The notes under the pieces: model-generated
What the model was told of the DNA's origin: nothing
The model's database searches: none
Seen by the model: only the letters and a program-made list of their open reading frames with translations
Program-made: the position numbers and the translations under genes
Shown here: positions 62,627 to 64,000 of the stretch, in pieces
How the letters are laid out: every line of letters starts with the position of its first letter
How positions within the stretch are numbered: position 1 is the stretch's first letter
Source: Dehalococcoidia bacterium
GTDB taxonomy: Bacteria; Chloroflexota; Dehalococcoidia; Lucifugimonadales; Lucifugimonadaceae
Assembly: GCA_965205245.1 (NCBI GenBank)
Contig: CBDBGE010000005.1
Coordinates: 888,770 to 952,769, forward strand
Length of the DNA stretch: 64,000 bases
Direction: 5' to 3'

Positions 62627-64000
62627 TCGGAAAGCCCCCGGTACGCTTCCAGGCCGGGCCCCTCGCGCTTCAGGTCCCAAGTGGCCATGCGGTCGGCCGG
62701 GCATACCGCGTCGTACGGGCACCACCGGCAGTTTTCCAGCGTCGTCCTGCCTTCCCTCCAGCCCGGTCTGCCCCTCGGCGACGGCGGGAAAACGCCGTTC
62801 TTGATACCGCCCGCGATTGTTGACACGACCTTCTCGAACCGGCCTGCCGAATCGGGTTGGTCCGCCAGATCCGGCTTCAGAACGCCCCCACCCTTCTCGA
62901 AAACGAACCAGTAAGCGGCCTGCACCACCGGCTTATCGGCGTCAGGGTGCTCAATGGCCGACGCCGCCCTTGCGTAAAGCGGCAACTGAAGGTGCCGTCC
63001 CTCCTTGACCGGGTCGTCTTCCAGGCCGCCGTAGCTGCCGGAGCCACCGGTCTTATAGTCGAATACGATGACTCGACTACCGTCGTCTGACCTGTCGATA
63101 CGGTCGACTTTTCCTCTGAACAGTACGGTTTCACCGTCTCCAATCGGGACAGCCACCGCCGGCGCGGTCGAACTACTAAATCCGAAGTCAAACTCGGCTT
63201 CGTAAGGCTTCACGCCCCATTCGGCCATCATCTCCGACTCAGCCGACAACCAACGTTCCAGTTTTCTCTCCACCGAGTCGCGTTCCATGGCCAGCAACGC
63301 CCGAGGCACAGAAGAACCTTCCCCTTCGAACTCATCGAACGCCTCAGCCGTCAACGTCTTGATCAGGTCCAACTCCTCCGCTCGTCCATCGATCTGTCGC
63401 CTGGTGCGTTCCAAAACGAAATGCTCCAGGACCTGGTGCACGATGGACCCCCGTTCGAGCGGCGTGATCCCCGGTTCGTCCTCAGGCCGTTCGGTCGGCT
63501 CCACTCCGGCGACGTACCCGAGAAAGTACTGGTACGGGCAGTTGGCCCAGGACTCCAGGCGTGACGCCGAAACTAAGCCGAGGTCGGCTCTGATCGATCC
63601 GTGTGCAGTCAGGTTCCCGTCAAACACCGTCCACGCGCTGGTCTGCCTGGCATCTTCGAGCCCCAGGGCTCTGCCAACCGGTGAACCGGGGTCTGACGCG
63701 AGAAAGTGATCGCCTCGCGCCCCTGACGAGCAACGCCACGTGTCTGCGGACTTCAAGGCGTACTCGTGTTCGCTGGCGGGGAACCAAATGTCCGCGTGGG
63801 CAGGTATCTCGTCCGGCAGGATAACCACTGGATTACCGGGACCGTTCTTAGCCAGGTCTGTCGGCTGCAGCAACCGGTTGCAAGTAACCTCACGCGCGGC
63901 CTCGAGGAACCAGCGCGAAGGCCGGGTGCCGCGACGCGCGCCCGCTTCACCGCGAGGCCAGTAGAGATGCTGCTCCGGCGCTGTATTGCACGCGATCAGG
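62623..64000 (-). CDS. addB: AddB-like PD-(D/E)XK nuclease subunit with an Fe-S Cys motif, 5' end outside the window
   Basis: The frame stays open to position 64000. Motifs are SRLESWANCPYQYFL, VIVFDYKTG and CRWCPYDAVC (C...CxxCx5C). Confidence 0.75.
   Translation of the reverse strand, partial: LIACNTAPEQHLYWPRGEAGARRGTRPSRWFLEAAREVTCNRLLQPTDLAKNGPGNPVVILPDEIPAHADIWFPASEHEYALKSADTWRCSSGARGDHFLASDPGSPVGRALGLEDARQTSAWTVFDGNLTAHGSIRADLGLVSASRLESWANCPYQYFLGYVAGVEPTERPEDEPGITPLERGSIVHQVLEHFVLERTRRQIDGRAEELDLIKTLTAEAFDEFEGEGSSVPRALLAMERDSVERKLERWLSAESEMMAEWGVKPYEAEFDFGFSSSTAPAVAVPIGDGETVLFRGKVDRIDRSDDGSRVIVFDYKTGGSGSYGGLEDDPVKEGRHLQLPLYARAASAIEHPDADKPVVQAAYWFVFEKGGGVLKPDLADQPDSAGRFEKVVSTIAGGIKNGVFPPSPRGRPGWREGRTTLENCRWCPYDAVCPADRMATWDLKREGPGLEAYRGLSE

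Overview
High-GC (roughly 60%) bacterial chromosomal window, densely coding, with about 60 protein genes, one tRNA, and no rRNA, CRISPR array, transposase or integrase. By eye the content is that of an aerobic heterotroph: family-5 (peptide/opine-type) ABC importer genes, a glycine-betaine ProVWX importer, family-III CoA-transferases, a CitE-like lyase, MaoC hydratases, SDRs, an enolase-superfamily enzyme, a sulfatase, NAD-formate dehydrogenase and AddAB-like repair genes. Tandem paralogs are frequent: 3 cyclases, 2 MBL-fold proteins, 3 ABC-2 permease pairs, 2 plus 1 fused CaiB, 2 SDRs, 2 mini-proteins. This gene mix resembles marine Chloroflexota (SAR202-like) genomes, but that is only an inference.

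Main hunt results:
1. At 15.85-22.7 kb a ~1.97 kb unit is repeated three times in tandem. Each unit has a -10-like box, a conserved 26-codon mini-ORF missing from the ORF track, a perfect intrinsic terminator, and two ABC-2 permease genes. A single ABC ATPase gene follows the third unit. Codons 22-23 of every mini-ORF (GGGAGG) duplicate the terminator 3' arm, which suggests ribosome-controlled attenuation. The alternative is that the peptides are cargo of the exporter.
2. At 33866-34411 an in-frame TGA sits in a D-U-G-S-C context with a hairpin 11 nt downstream, a likely selenoprotein that the ORF track splits in two.
3. A gap-free 134-nt non-coding element occurs twice (54975-55108, 58275-58408) with compensatory base changes in two stems.
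4. A SnoaL-like gene is flanked by a duplicated ~60-nt gene end.
5. Five otherwise intact genes are each broken by a single 1-nt indel. This could be sequencing error or gene decay.

All functions are assigned from motifs I recognise in the translations. No database search was run.
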